The notes below the pieces were generated by a model that was not told the origin of the DNA, made no database searches, and saw nothing but the letters and a program-made list of their open reading frames with translations. This document shows, piece after piece, positions 1 to 8,955 of a stretch of 56,279 bases of DNA. The DNA comes from a virus (Duplodnaviria > Caudoviricetes), in the IMG/VR virus record IMGVR_UViG_3300027365_000016, positions 1-56,279 of that record; one strand, 5' to 3'. Position numbers and translations under genes: made by a program. Each line of letters opens with the position of its first letter. Position 1 is the stretch's first letter.

Positions 1-134
1 ATTTTGAAAAATGTGCAGTAAAACTCCCCGTTCGTTCGACAAAACCGAACGGTCGATGTTTTTCATATCGACAGAATCGAATGAAGCCCGCTGATTTGCG
101 GGCTCCAAGAGAGGCGAGGCGACGGTCAGCCGGG

Positions 135-425
135 CTACCCCGCGACGAGGTCGGGGTCGCTGGGGTCCGGATAGCCGAATTTCTGGAAGCTCGATTTCAC
201 GTAGGCCTCTACGACTGCGTGGTCCCCGTCGAGGATCCGCTTGAACGCTGTGTCTCGCTTCCCGTAGCCCTCGTCCGTGTCGGGGAAGCCGATCGTGGTC
301 TCGACCAGGCCGACAGCCGACAGGAAGGACATACGGATGCCCGGATTGCAGTCGCTGTCCTGGGCGGACATCACGACGACCTGATGTTCGTCGATTTCGA
401 GGGTTTTCGCGAAAATGCCTTTCAT
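135..425 (-). CDS. hypothetical protein (96 aa)
   Basis: Last gene of the leftward operon; phage-like codon usage. Confidence 0.6.
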   Translation of the reverse strand: MKGIFAKTLEIDEHQVVVMSAQDSDCNPGIRMSFLSAVGLVETTIGFPDTDEGYGKRDTAFKRILDGDHAVVEAYVKSSFQKFGYPDPSDPDLVAG

Positions 426-446
426 GGGGTGCTCCAGATGTCGGGT

Positions 447-680
447 TTACCAGGGCGAGGCCGTGGCTACGGTCCAGACCCAGGTGAATAACGCGCTGAT
501 GTAGGCGGTCAGGCCGAGCAGCATCAGCGAGAAGCCGATCACCACCTGCACCCGCTGCCGGGGTCTCAGGTAGGAGAAAATTCGCGTGCAGCTATTGGCC
601 AGAACGTCGAGGTAGAGAAACGAGCCGAGTGCGAAGAGCAACGGCGCGGCGGCGAACAGGGCTACCAGAAGGGGGTCCAT
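447..680 (-). CDS. small membrane protein (2 predicted TM segments)
   Basis: Two hydrophobic stretches; GGAG upstream; follows thyX. Confidence 0.6.
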   Translation of the reverse strand: MDPLLVALFAAAPLLFALGSFLYLDVLANSCTRIFSYLRPRQRVQVVIGFSLMLLGLTAYISALFTWVWTVATASPW

Positions 681-692
681 GTCGAGCTCCAG

Positions 693-1496
693 TCAGGCGG
701 TGAGAGCGGCCCAGCTAACGGGGAAGAGGGGCCTGATGATGGCGGCGATCTCGTCGGCCAGGTCGGCAATCTCGCCTTGGGCGTGCGAGCGATCGCTGCG
801 CTTGTTGAAGAACTCGGCATAGGCGTAGAGCGAGCCGGTCCAGACCCAGTTGACGTAGACGCCCTGGGGCAGCACGAAGCGGGCCTGTTCGGGAGCGATA
901 CCGTCCAGAATCATGGCTTCGTAGCATTCAATGGCATCCCCGCAGAGACGTTTGTAGGTAGCCTTCCATGACTTGCGGGCGGGGTGAGGCCCGCCGGACC
1001 CCTGCTTGATCGACCCCTCGGGACGGCTGCGGAACTCGGGAATGAACAGCTCCGGCGTGGAGTCGATGTACCGCCGGCTCTCCTCGTTCTCGACGAATCC
1101 GATCTTCGACTTGTAGGCCTGCGTGCGGATAGGCACCGGCGCCTTCAGCCGTAGTTTGACCACCTGCTGCCCGAAAGGGGTCCAGTGGGTGGGCATGCGG
1201 CGAAGGTGGTTGAGAAGCGTCTCGATCTGATCGGTGCCGTAGACATCGCGGAGCTCAGAAACGTAGCGCTCCCAGTCAGCCTGGCGGCAGCCGCGCGCAA
1301 GGAATCGGATCAGCCCCACGTCGGCCAGGCACAATTCCGGGGTTCTGGCAGTGCGTTGCGCGGCGTTTTCGCAGGGGTGGGGGATGTCGACCTCATGCCA
1401 GCGCCGAGCCTCGCTGGCTGCGGCAAAACTGATCCGAGCGTCATTGACGACCTCGAGATCGCTGCCCATGTGGTTGCGATAGAAAACGTCACTCAT
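693..1496 (-). CDS. thyX: flavin-dependent thymidylate synthase
   Basis: GSDLEVVNDARISF, HWTPFGQ, NEESRRY and APEQARFVLPQ motifs. Start placed at MSDVFY (1496), overlapping the upstream stop. Confidence 0.9.
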   Translation of the reverse strand: MSDVFYRNHMGSDLEVVNDARISFAAASEARRWHEVDIPHPCENAAQRTARTPELCLADVGLIRFLARGCRQADWERYVSELRDVYGTDQIETLLNHLRRMPTHWTPFGQQVVKLRLKAPVPIRTQAYKSKIGFVENEESRRYIDSTPELFIPEFRSRPEGSIKQGSGGPHPARKSWKATYKRLCGDAIECYEAMILDGIAPEQARFVLPQGVYVNWVWTGSLYAYAEFFNKRSDRSHAQGEIADLADEIAAIIRPLFPVSWAALTA

Positions 1497-1834
1497 GATT
1501 CGTCTCCTCGTGGCTCCCGGCCCAGCGATAGCCGGGCGTCGTGAATGGCCTGGCGGGCTTCCGCGATGCCGTGCAGCAAGTGGCACTGACGAGGCCTGCC
1601 GGGTTGCCGGAAGGTCTCGTAGAGCAGGAAGCTCCAGCCGTCGGGGTGGTCGCTTTTCAACGGCCGGATTGACAGGGTTCGCAGCGGGGCCGGTATCTCG
1701 AAGTAGGGCCAGCCGTGGGGTGTGGCATAGGGCCCGCTCTTCGGTGTGACCCCGGACAGCACCCGACGCAGCGCCAAGTAGGCATTGCGCTTGTTGGGCG
1801 TGTTCTTGTGCGAGCGAAAGCGCCGTCGGCTCAT
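1493..1834 (-). CDS. hypothetical protein (113 aa)
   Basis: 4-bp overlaps with both neighbours. Confidence 0.6.
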   Translation of the reverse strand: MSRRRFRSHKNTPNKRNAYLALRRVLSGVTPKSGPYATPHGWPYFEIPAPLRTLSIRPLKSDHPDGWSFLLYETFRQPGRPRQCHLLHGIAEARQAIHDARLSLGREPRGDES

Positions 1835-2052
1835 CGGAGTTTCTTGGCGGCCAGGTAATCGGCCTCGTTGTAGGGCTTGTCCCGGCCCACGGCGCGCTCG
1901 AGGCGCTTGGCGATCTCGTTGGCCTCGACCGGATCGTAGGTCACCCCGCCGCCGGGAATCGCCCAGCCGCCGTCGGCGTGGGCGCGCAGGGTGACGTTGG
2001 GGAGCATGATGTCGGCCTGGGGCTTGATCTCGACGGTCATCGGCTGCCTCAC
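1831..2052 (-). CDS. hypothetical protein (73 aa)
   Basis: Translationally coupled within the operon. Confidence 0.6.
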   Translation of the reverse strand: MRQPMTVEIKPQADIMLPNVTLRAHADGGWAIPGGGVTYDPVEANEIAKRLERAVGRDKPYNEADYLAAKKLR

Positions 2053-2642
2053 CGCTCGCGATTGTTCTTCGGTGGTGGGCGCCTCGACAGGCTTCCGCCG
2101 CAGGCGAACTGATCGCGGATTACCCGCTCGTCGTCGTCGTGCTCCCTGGGGTCGAGAGTCGAGGGCGGGAAGGCGTTGGCACAGATCCCGCCGGTGCCGA
2201 AGCGACGTCGGGTGCTACCCGTGGCACCTTCGGCAGCACACGCTTCGAGCAGCGCCTGCACGCGTGCCAGGACGTCGGCCTTGGAAGCCCGGAGGCAAAC
2301 GCGGATGTGCGGTTTCCGGTCTGCCCCCGAGGTTGTTGCGGGGACGCGAACTCGGGGCCTCCGCCCGGCTTTCCAGTCCTCCCAGGAGTGGAGAATGTGG
2401 TGAGGTCGCCAGGCGACGATGTCGTTGTGTGGCATGTCCTCCTGCCAGGCCCAGCCGAGGTCGGCGGCGACCGCGCCGATCAGGTTGATCCCCTCTCGGG
2501 TGATCACGTCGACGTAGCCCTCGGTCTGTTTCGGCACGCAGGCGGGGTGACGACCGGCGCCGTCCCAGGGCAGGTAGTGGCGATCAGTCGGCATCTCGGT
2601 CCTCCAGGCGGAATACCCGCAGTCCGTGTTGTTCGGCGTCAT
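2049..2642 (-). CDS. hypothetical protein (up to 197 aa)
   Basis: ORF fills the operon gap; start uncertain. Confidence 0.5.
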   Translation of the reverse strand: MTPNNTDCGYSAWRTEMPTDRHYLPWDGAGRHPACVPKQTEGYVDVITREGINLIGAVAADLGWAWQEDMPHNDIVAWRPHHILHSWEDWKAGRRPRVRVPATTSGADRKPHIRVCLRASKADVLARVQALLEACAAEGATGSTRRRFGTGGICANAFPPSTLDPREHDDDERVIRDQFACGGSLSRRPPPKNNRER

Positions 2643-2862
2643 AACGGATTGTGAAGTGGTGCGCGGGGTGCTGACGGTAGAAGCGCGAGACGGCCGCCTG
2701 GATGGGGCCGCGGGCCTGGCTGACGGTGCGGCCCTCGGGGATGGGGACGAAGAAACTCTGCCCGATCGCCATGTCGCTCAGCGGATAGCGCTGTTTGCGC
2801 TTGCCGCCGCGAGGCGCTTCCGGGATGTCCTCGGGCCGTACCCCGTCTTCGATCTCGTACAT
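2584..2862 (-). CDS. conserved small phage protein (YPxxxMxIGQSFFVP type), probable DNA-binding
   Basis: MYEIEDG start with GAGG RBS; motif common in phage early genes. Confidence 0.6.
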   Translation of the reverse strand: MYEIEDGVRPEDIPEAPRGGKRKQRYPLSDMAIGQSFFVPIPEGRTVSQARGPIQAAVSRFYRQHPAHHFTIRYDAEQHGLRVFRLEDRDAD

Positions 2863-2991
2863 GGTTCCCGACCTCGTAAATCTACCGTTGGTTGAATGGT
2901 CCGGCGTGAAAAGAGGCCCGCAGGGCGGGCCAAGGTACGCAGGGATCTCGAAGGGTCGCGAATCCGGTGTCTCCACGGGATCGCCCTTGCG

Positions 2992-3031
2992 ATACTAGGT
3001 AACGTTGTGTGTAAAGTCAACTAATAGTTGA
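2992..3031 (-). promoter_or_regulatory. leftward sigma70-like promoter overlapped by operator TCAACTAATAGTTGA
   Basis: Minus strand TTGACT-17bp-TAGTAT; palindrome at 3017-3031 overlaps the -35 box. Confidence 0.7.
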
Positions 3032-3043
3032 AAGGAGGTCGCA

Positions 3044-3331
3044 GTGAATCCTTCGCGAGACCGTTTCCGACTCCGCCGGGCCCTGGCCGTCTGGGCCTTT
3101 GCGGCGATCCTGGTAACGCTGGCGGCGACCCTGGTGCTGATCTTCGTCGGCGGCCAGTACATGGGCGACAAGCTGCTGCAGGGTAGCGGGCTGCTCGGCC
3201 CCATCATCGCCTGCCTGACGGCGTTGATCTGGAAGTATTTCGGTGACGTAACCCAAACCGACCTGGAGGAGATCCGCAATGCTGGGGACGCGATTTCTGC
3301 TCGGCGTGATAGCGGCCCTGGTGATCGCTAG
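3044..3331 (+). CDS. putative holin (2 TM segments)
   Basis: AAGGAGG RBS, two hydrophobic helices, charged C-terminus, directly upstream of the spanin pair. Confidence 0.65.
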   Translation: MNPSRDRFRLRRALAVWAFAAILVTLAATLVLIFVGGQYMGDKLLQGSGLLGPIIACLTALIWKYFGDVTQTDLEEIRNAGDAISARRDSGPGDR

Positions 3332-3731
3332 TGCCGGGCTGGGATGGATGTGGCTGGACTCCCGCGAGAGCGCTCGGAGTGCGGCCCAGGGGCTCCGCGA
3401 CGCGACGCAGCGGCTCGCTGATGCCCAGGACGACGCTAAACGCGCTCAGCGGCTCGCTGATGCCCTGAGCGGCGCTCTGGCGGCGCGAGAGGACCTGTAC
3501 GAGGCGTCACGGCGTTCTCTCGCCGGGCAGCGCCGCGACCTGACTGACATCCGGGAGACTGCCCGGAAGGAGACTGCCGATGACAATCTGGCGTGTGCTG
3601 TGCGCAGTGTGCCTGGCTCCGTTGATCGCCTCCTGCGCGGGGCAGCCGACGACCCGGGTGGAATACCGACTGGTGACGCCGCCGGCGCATCTGATGGCGA
3701 GCACGCCGGTGCCGGCATGGGCGGGGGGTGA
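3279..3731 (+). CDS. inner-membrane spanin (Rz-like)
   Basis: N-terminal TM followed by an Ala-rich coiled coil and a single Cys; overlapped by a lipoprotein gene. Confidence 0.8.
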   Translation: MLGTRFLLGVIAALVIASAGLGWMWLDSRESARSAAQGLRDATQRLADAQDDAKRAQRLADALSGALAAREDLYEASRRSLAGQRRDLTDIRETARKETADDNLACAVRSVPGSVDRLLRGAADDPGGIPTGDAAGASDGEHAGAGMGGG

Positions 3732-3858
3732 CTGGGCCGCGGTGGCCGATCTGGCCGAGAGCCGCAAGGCCGCCCTGCAGCAGTGCAATGCCGACAAGGC
3801 GTCGATCCTCGACTACGTGCGTCATGCTCAAGCGCTCTACGACCCCGACGCAGAGTGA
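3580..3858 (+). CDS. outer-membrane lipoprotein spanin (Rz1-like)
   Basis: Lipobox LIASC, Pro-rich segment, C-terminal QCNADK; +1 frame overlap with Rz. Confidence 0.8.
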   Translation: MTIWRVLCAVCLAPLIASCAGQPTTRVEYRLVTPPAHLMASTPVPAWAGGDWAAVADLAESRKAALQQCNADKASILDYVRHAQALYDPDAE

Positions 3859-3874
3859 TCTCGCCGGGTCGATC

Positions 3875-3896
3875 AGCCGCCTTCGGGCGGCTTTTT
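3875..3896 (+). terminator. intrinsic terminator
   Basis: AGCCGCC-TTCG-GGCGGCT followed by a T run. Confidence 0.85.
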
Positions 3897-3899
3897 CGT

Positions 3900-4300
3900 G
3901 TGTTCCCGTTAGATTTCGGCCTATTTATCAGCGCAATCAATAGCTTGGCGAAATCTGTTCCTGTTTATGTTCCCGTATCGAATCAAAGGGTAACGCCGAT
4001 TTTCCTTTCCGGTCAGTGGGTTACGGCGTTCTGTTCAAGATACGCCTGTTTCCACTTCACTCATACTATACACGCGCGTAACACGCGCATGCGTAACGCA
4101 CGCATACCGCGTCTACACGGGCTCTCTACACCTCTCTTATTTTTCTCTACGCGTAAGAGTTAGTAGTTAATAGGAAAAGTGGAACAGTAAAGGGGTTGCG
4201 GCCGTCAACGGCGGGGTCTCCAGCCGGTTCCGCATTTTTCAGGAAAGTGGAATTAAACGGGAACAAGCGCCCGAAACGGGAACAACTCAGGCCGTTCAGA
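3900..4300. other. putative replication origin
   Basis: AT-richer non-coding gap downstream of primase. TGTTCCCGT x2 (3901, 3968) faces ACGGGAACA x2 (4257, 4276). IHF consensus at 3935-3947. Central alternating purine-pyrimidine tract. Confidence 0.55.
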
Positions 4301-4361
4301 CGCAAAAACGCCGCCCGGAGGCGGCGAGTTGGGGATTTTCCGAATCCAGAAATGTCGAAAT

Positions 4362-7217
4362 TCAGTTTTTGCGCAACGGGATGACGTTGCCGAAGTCCGA
4401 ATCGCCGAGTTCGTCGATTTCCGCCCATCGCTCCACGGCCGAGTCGAGCGCGTCTTTGCCGGCCTTGGACAGCACTACGCCGCGCCCCTTGGTCGTCGGG
4501 TCCCGTGACCAGATCCAGCCCTGCTTACCCTCGAAGCGCTCCTTGCCGGCGCGAATGAATCCCATGTCATTCATCATCGACGACACCGCTCGCCCGGTCA
4601 TGCGGTTGCGCGGGAACGATATGTCGAGCAACTGCTTGAACCGCCACCAGACGAAGACCTTCTCCGTGAGCAGCGGCTCCTCCTCGCGGGCCAGCACGTC
4701 CTCCAGCAGTTGACGCTCGTCGGACTTGGCGTCTTCGACCATCTCGGCCTTGAAGCGGGTCTCCGGGGCGCGGGCGTTGGGATTGTAGTGCTCGCTGAAT
4801 TCCCGCTGCTCGAAGAAGCGGCGGAACTGGTAGGGGTGATCGCGCAGTTCCTCGTAGAGGGCTTCGTGGAAGTCGTAGCCGTGCTCGTTCTGCCACTCCG
4901 CCTTCCAAGCCAGGAGTTCGTCCTCGGTCTGAAAGCGGGTGCAGAGCAGCAGATAGCGGTTCTCGCCGGCGGTGATCGGCAATGCGTCGGCGTAGTTGGT
5001 GGTCATGAAGAAGTTGGCGAAGTTGCGCACCGAGATGACGTCCTTGCCCTTCTTCTCGATGGCCACCGTGGAGTTGGTGATCAGCGCCTTGAGGTTGTTC
5101 ATGACCTCGAAGGCGTCGGCACCGTGTTGCTTGACCTCCTCGACCCCGCAGAGGATCGTCTCGGCGGCCCAGCCGTTGAAACGCTGCTTGAGCATGCTCG
5201 AGAGCACATCCTTGCAGTTGGCCTCGCCAAGGATCGTCCGCATCAGTTCGATGAAGAAGGTCTTGCCGTCCTGGCGAACGCCCTTGAGCAGGCAGGCGTA
5301 CATCAGCTTGCGCTCGGGGTTCTGGACGATGTGGGTCAGGAAGTCCAGGAGCAGCGCCTGGTCGCGCTCTTCCGGCAGGATGTTGGCGACGTGGCGAAGC
5401 AGCAGCTTGACGCCGCGGTCTCCAGTGTAGCCGTCCGGCGTGCAACCGGTGTCGCGGTAGGTGTTGGCGTATTCCAGGCCCTGATGCTCGTAGAGGGCCC
5501 CGCGCCCCGGCCAATATTGTTCCCGGAACGGCTTGGGGACCTCGAAGAGGGTGGTGGCCGCCTCGCTGGCGTGGATCTTCGGCAGCCCGGTGTCCTCGGA
5601 CGGGTAGTCCTCGGCACAGCGCGCGTCGAACTTGGCATCGAAGGCCGTGGCGCTGATCCGCTCACCGCTGCCCAGGCTGAGGAATTTCTCCTCGCCGGTA
5701 AGGTAGACCCAGCTTTCCATCCAGGCCGGCATGCCCTGCTTGACGACAGCCTCGCGCGAGGCCTTTTCCGACGGCTTGAGGTGCTTCTTCGCGTCGCCAC
5801 GGGTCAGCGTGTAGCGGCCGTCGGAGAGCGTCTTGATCCGGCGTAGGTAAACGTCAGCCAGGCGGTCACGGTACCGCGCGCCGAAGTCGAGCATGGCGAC
5901 GTCCTGGACTCGCCGGGCGATCTTGTCGAGGTCGCCGATGGTCTCGGCAAGCAGCATCCGCTCCGAGAGAAATTCGAGCAGTTCGTCGGCGTTGCGCGGC
6001 CTCGCCTTGGGCTCCGCGGCCGGCAACTCGAAGCCGCCCAGGTCGTCGAGTTCGTCGTCGCCGGTACCGGTCTCGCCCAGGTCGTCGAACAGGTCTCCCA
6101 GGTCACCGCAGCGCTGGGCGAAGGCCTCCTGCTCGACCTCCTCGAGATGCGACTTGACTCGGCTGTCGCCCTCAGCGAGTTCCTGCATGGCCTTGTAGGA
6201 GGGCCAACTCGCCAACGGAGTCAGCGTGAAGTCGATGCCCCGGTCGAGCTCGCCGTAGAGGTGGATGCGAACCAGGTCAAAAGCGTGGTGCTGGCCGCGC
6301 GCCGGGTCGGTGTCGTGCTCGGAATGCAGGTAGAGCCCGTCATCGTAAACGCGTGCGCCGGCGGCCGAGGTGCCGCGGACGTAGGTGTAGCGATCCTCGG
6401 CGTGGCCGGTGGCTTCGTCGTAGACGTCCGGCAGGAAGGTCTCAATCGCCTCGTGAACGTCGTAGGCCCGGCAGAAGGCCGCCACCACCGGGGCGTTAAT
6501 GCGCTGACGGGGGTCCTCGCGGCGCACCGTCTCGCCGGCGTTGCCGTGCAGGTGTTCGTCCTCGCGCTTAGGCCACTCGGCCGGATCTTCCCAGACCAGA
6601 TACTCCAGCAGCACGTCTTCCGGATCGAGAATGCGACCCTCATTGCGGTGGAAGACGAACTCCCCGTCAGCGCACCGAGACGGCCAGAACATCGGCTGGG
6701 CGGCCACGAAGCTGACCCGGTCGACGAGCGACATGTCCGGGTTGAGCCAGGAGGCCACCATGCGCGAGATCGGTTCATACTGGGCCGGAGGGATGTCGCG
6801 GGCCAACGGCAGCAGCACCCGCACGCGGATATTCTCGGGCGCCGCGTGGGAGCGGGTCGAGTGGATGCCGTATTCGTAACCGGCGAGCGGGGAGGTGCCG
6901 TCGAGCAGGGACCGGAAGACCGCTTCGGGAATGTCGTCGAGATCGAGACTGACCAGGCAGCGGTGCTCGAGATGGGTCGTGCGGCGGATGCCGTCGCGGA
7001 AGTGCCCGGCGACGTAGTAGCCGACGTTCTTGAGCGCTAGGCGCTCCTCCTTGGACAGCGAACGGTACTCGGCCAGGGTTTCGCGGCTGACTTCGGCAAC
7101 GCTCAACTTCTCGAGCAGGGTCCCCCAGGTCCAGGTCTCGTTGTGGACCCGACCACGATGGCGCCGGCTGACGCTGAGGCGCAGCGGGAGATCGGTTGTT
7201 ATTGTGTCGGTGGTCAT
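4362..7217 (-). CDS. DNA primase-helicase (AEP-like N-terminus, P-loop helicase C-terminus)
   Basis: SLDLDD and HSTRSH primase motifs, HDTDPA, Walker A GVRQDGKT, VEEV Walker B, FMTTN. Confidence 0.85.
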   Translation of the reverse strand: MTTDTITTDLPLRLSVSRRHRGRVHNETWTWGTLLEKLSVAEVSRETLAEYRSLSKEERLALKNVGYYVAGHFRDGIRRTTHLEHRCLVSLDLDDIPEAVFRSLLDGTSPLAGYEYGIHSTRSHAAPENIRVRVLLPLARDIPPAQYEPISRMVASWLNPDMSLVDRVSFVAAQPMFWPSRCADGEFVFHRNEGRILDPEDVLLEYLVWEDPAEWPKREDEHLHGNAGETVRREDPRQRINAPVVAAFCRAYDVHEAIETFLPDVYDEATGHAEDRYTYVRGTSAAGARVYDDGLYLHSEHDTDPARGQHHAFDLVRIHLYGELDRGIDFTLTPLASWPSYKAMQELAEGDSRVKSHLEEVEQEAFAQRCGDLGDLFDDLGETGTGDDELDDLGGFELPAAEPKARPRNADELLEFLSERMLLAETIGDLDKIARRVQDVAMLDFGARYRDRLADVYLRRIKTLSDGRYTLTRGDAKKHLKPSEKASREAVVKQGMPAWMESWVYLTGEEKFLSLGSGERISATAFDAKFDARCAEDYPSEDTGLPKIHASEAATTLFEVPKPFREQYWPGRGALYEHQGLEYANTYRDTGCTPDGYTGDRGVKLLLRHVANILPEERDQALLLDFLTHIVQNPERKLMYACLLKGVRQDGKTFFIELMRTILGEANCKDVLSSMLKQRFNGWAAETILCGVEEVKQHGADAFEVMNNLKALITNSTVAIEKKGKDVISVRNFANFFMTTNYADALPITAGENRYLLLCTRFQTEDELLAWKAEWQNEHGYDFHEALYEELRDHPYQFRRFFEQREFSEHYNPNARAPETRFKAEMVEDAKSDERQLLEDVLAREEEPLLTEKVFVWWRFKQLLDISFPRNRMTGRAVSSMMNDMGFIRAGKERFEGKQGWIWSRDPTTKGRGVVLSKAGKDALDSAVERWAEIDELGDSDFGNVIPLRKN

Positions 7218-7414
7218 GCAGTCCCCCGCAGGTTGAGTTTGCTGATCTGCTCCTCGAGGCGGTCGAGCCGGTTCTGCGGGATCACGTCCTTGCAGCTAAG
7301 GCACTTCCAGTTCGATACGGTGCGCGGGGAGACGCCGGCGAGCCGGCCGACCAGCAGCGGGGTAAGAAAGTGCTCCGTCATCAATTCGCGGAGCCGTTTC
7401 GTGCGTTGGTCCAT
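7214..7414 (-). CDS. small HTH protein
   Basis: LAGVSPRTVSNW HTH signature. Confidence 0.7.
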   Translation of the reverse strand: MDQRTKRLRELMTEHFLTPLLVGRLAGVSPRTVSNWKCLSCKDVIPQNRLDRLEEQISKLNLRGTA

Positions 7415-7506
7415 GCGGGATATCCTGCCGGAATCATCGGGCGGTCATGATGTTCCTGTCAGGATAATCCACCAACGGTTGAAATAACAACTTTCGAGAA
7501 AGCGGG

Positions 7507-7764
7507 TTACGCGAAGAGAGGGTTGAGTTGCCCGGCCGCTACACGGACCTCGCCGAAAGCGGTCTCCTGCAACTCGATCAATTCCGGCACGCGCCGCGGC
7601 GGAACCTTGTTGTCGTGGATCCACTTGTAGAGGCCGAAGCTGGACATGGAAAGGTGCCCGGCCAGGACAGCGACGCTCACGTTGCCGTCCGCATCCGGCG
7701 GGCAGAGCTCCAGCAGCCGGTCATGCAACGGCCCGAGGTGCTTGTACCGTCTTACTCCGTTCAT
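7507..7764 (-). CDS. Cro-like HTH protein
   Basis: LAGHLSMSSFGLYKWI...VPPRRV; first gene of the leftward primase operon; start uncertain. Confidence 0.65.
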   Translation of the reverse strand: MNGVRRYKHLGPLHDRLLELCPPDADGNVSVAVLAGHLSMSSFGLYKWIHDNKVPPRRVPELIELQETAFGEVRVAAGQLNPLFA

Positions 7765-7861
7765 GGCAATTCTCAACAAAAAGTTGGCTGGCTCATTCTA
7801 CTGACGGCCGCGAACGGCCTGCAAGGCGATACTCGCAGGCTGGCAACCGCAGAATGACTTT

Positions 7862-7901
7862 TCAACCAATAGTTGACAGTTCAATTGGGCGGTGCTGTAA
7901 T
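7862..7901 (+). promoter_or_regulatory. rightward sigma70 promoter of the replication operon, overlapped by an operator
   Basis: TTGACA (7873)-17bp-TGTAAT with extended TG; TCAACCAATAGTTGA at 7862-7876. Confidence 0.75.
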
Positions 7902-7951
7902 CCGTCAGGCCTAGCAACGCACAACCTGAAATCCGTCACGAGGTACCCCGA

Positions 7952-8611
7952 ATGAGTCTCGAGCAGCAGATCGCCCGCCTGGCTGAAGCCGTCGAAAAGA
8001 ACAACGAACTGCTGGCCGCCGGCCATGGCGCCACCGTCCCGGCCAGCGCGCCGAAGGGCGGCTCCGACAGCGGGCAGGAAACCCAGAAGGCCGAAAACAC
8101 AACCGACAGCAAGTCCGAGGGCGAGCCGGAGATCATCTGGTACCACAACCCGGACGAGAAGAAGGTCTGGTCCGAGGAGGGCCCGGCGAAGCGCCGCAAG
8201 GGCATCGTCAAGGTCGACGAGACCACCGCGCAACGCCTGGTCAAGAAGTACGAGGGGGAATCCGCGGAAGAAGCCGAGCAGGAAGAGGCTACCGACACCG
8301 CAAACGACCTCGACGACGGCTTCGACCTGGGTGGCGGCGAAGAGGACAGCGGCGACGCGTTCGACGAATCCGAGCCCATGGACAACGAAACCTTCTCCGG
8401 GCACTGGAACGACTGGACCAAGGCGGCCATCAAGCATGCCCTGGAGAACGGCGCCGCCGATCAGGCCGCCGCGCAGACCGAGGTCAAGAAGTTCATCGTG
8501 CCGGTGGTCAAGTCCTTCGTCGGCAAGGACGAGCAGCCCAAGGTTGCCAGCATCCCCGAAGAGAGCCGCGCCCGCTTCCTGAACAAGGCGCACGACTTCT
8601 TCAACGGCTGA
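7952..8611 (+). CDS. acidic hypothetical protein preceding DUF2800
   Basis: MSLEQQIARLAEAV start typical of this synteny; strong codon bias. Confidence 0.75.
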   Translation: MSLEQQIARLAEAVEKNNELLAAGHGATVPASAPKGGSDSGQETQKAENTTDSKSEGEPEIIWYHNPDEKKVWSEEGPAKRRKGIVKVDETTAQRLVKKYEGESAEEAEQEEATDTANDLDDGFDLGGGEEDSGDAFDESEPMDNETFSGHWNDWTKAAIKHALENGAADQAAAQTEVKKFIVPVVKSFVGKDEQPKVASIPEESRARFLNKAHDFFNG

Positions 8612-8668
8612 TCCCCGCCCCCTGACCTGGCGTCCCGCCCTTGTGCGGGGCGTCAGCGGAGACCGCTC

Positions 8669-8947
8669 GTGGAAAAACGCAGCCTGATTCGCGCCATCGC
8701 CGGCGCATTCGCCCAGCCCGACGACCTGATCGAGAGATTCACCATGGAAGAGAACGAGATCCGCCCGCCATCGCTCACCGGCGACAAGCCCCTGCCCAAG
8801 CGCAAGCGGCGCTTTCATGCCAACGCTATCCGTCGCGCCGATCGCAACTTCCGCGGCCTGAACAAGATCCTCCGCTTGCTCGAACCCGCCGGGGTCCGCC
8901 ACGACGGCCGGGCCATGTGGGCCGCCCAGCAGAAATTCGGACTCTGA
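8669..8947 (+). CDS. hypothetical protein (92 aa)
   Basis: GGAG RBS; in-operon position. Confidence 0.6.
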   Translation: MEKRSLIRAIAGAFAQPDDLIERFTMEENEIRPPSLTGDKPLPKRKRRFHANAIRRADRNFRGLNKILRLLEPAGVRHDGRAMWAAQQKFGL

Positions 8948-8955
8948 GGTACGTC

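Noticed and set aside
3783-4428. ORFs in the gap between spanins and primase
   Set aside because: Atypical codon usage; they cross a terminator and repeats; the region is better explained as cis-acting DNA.
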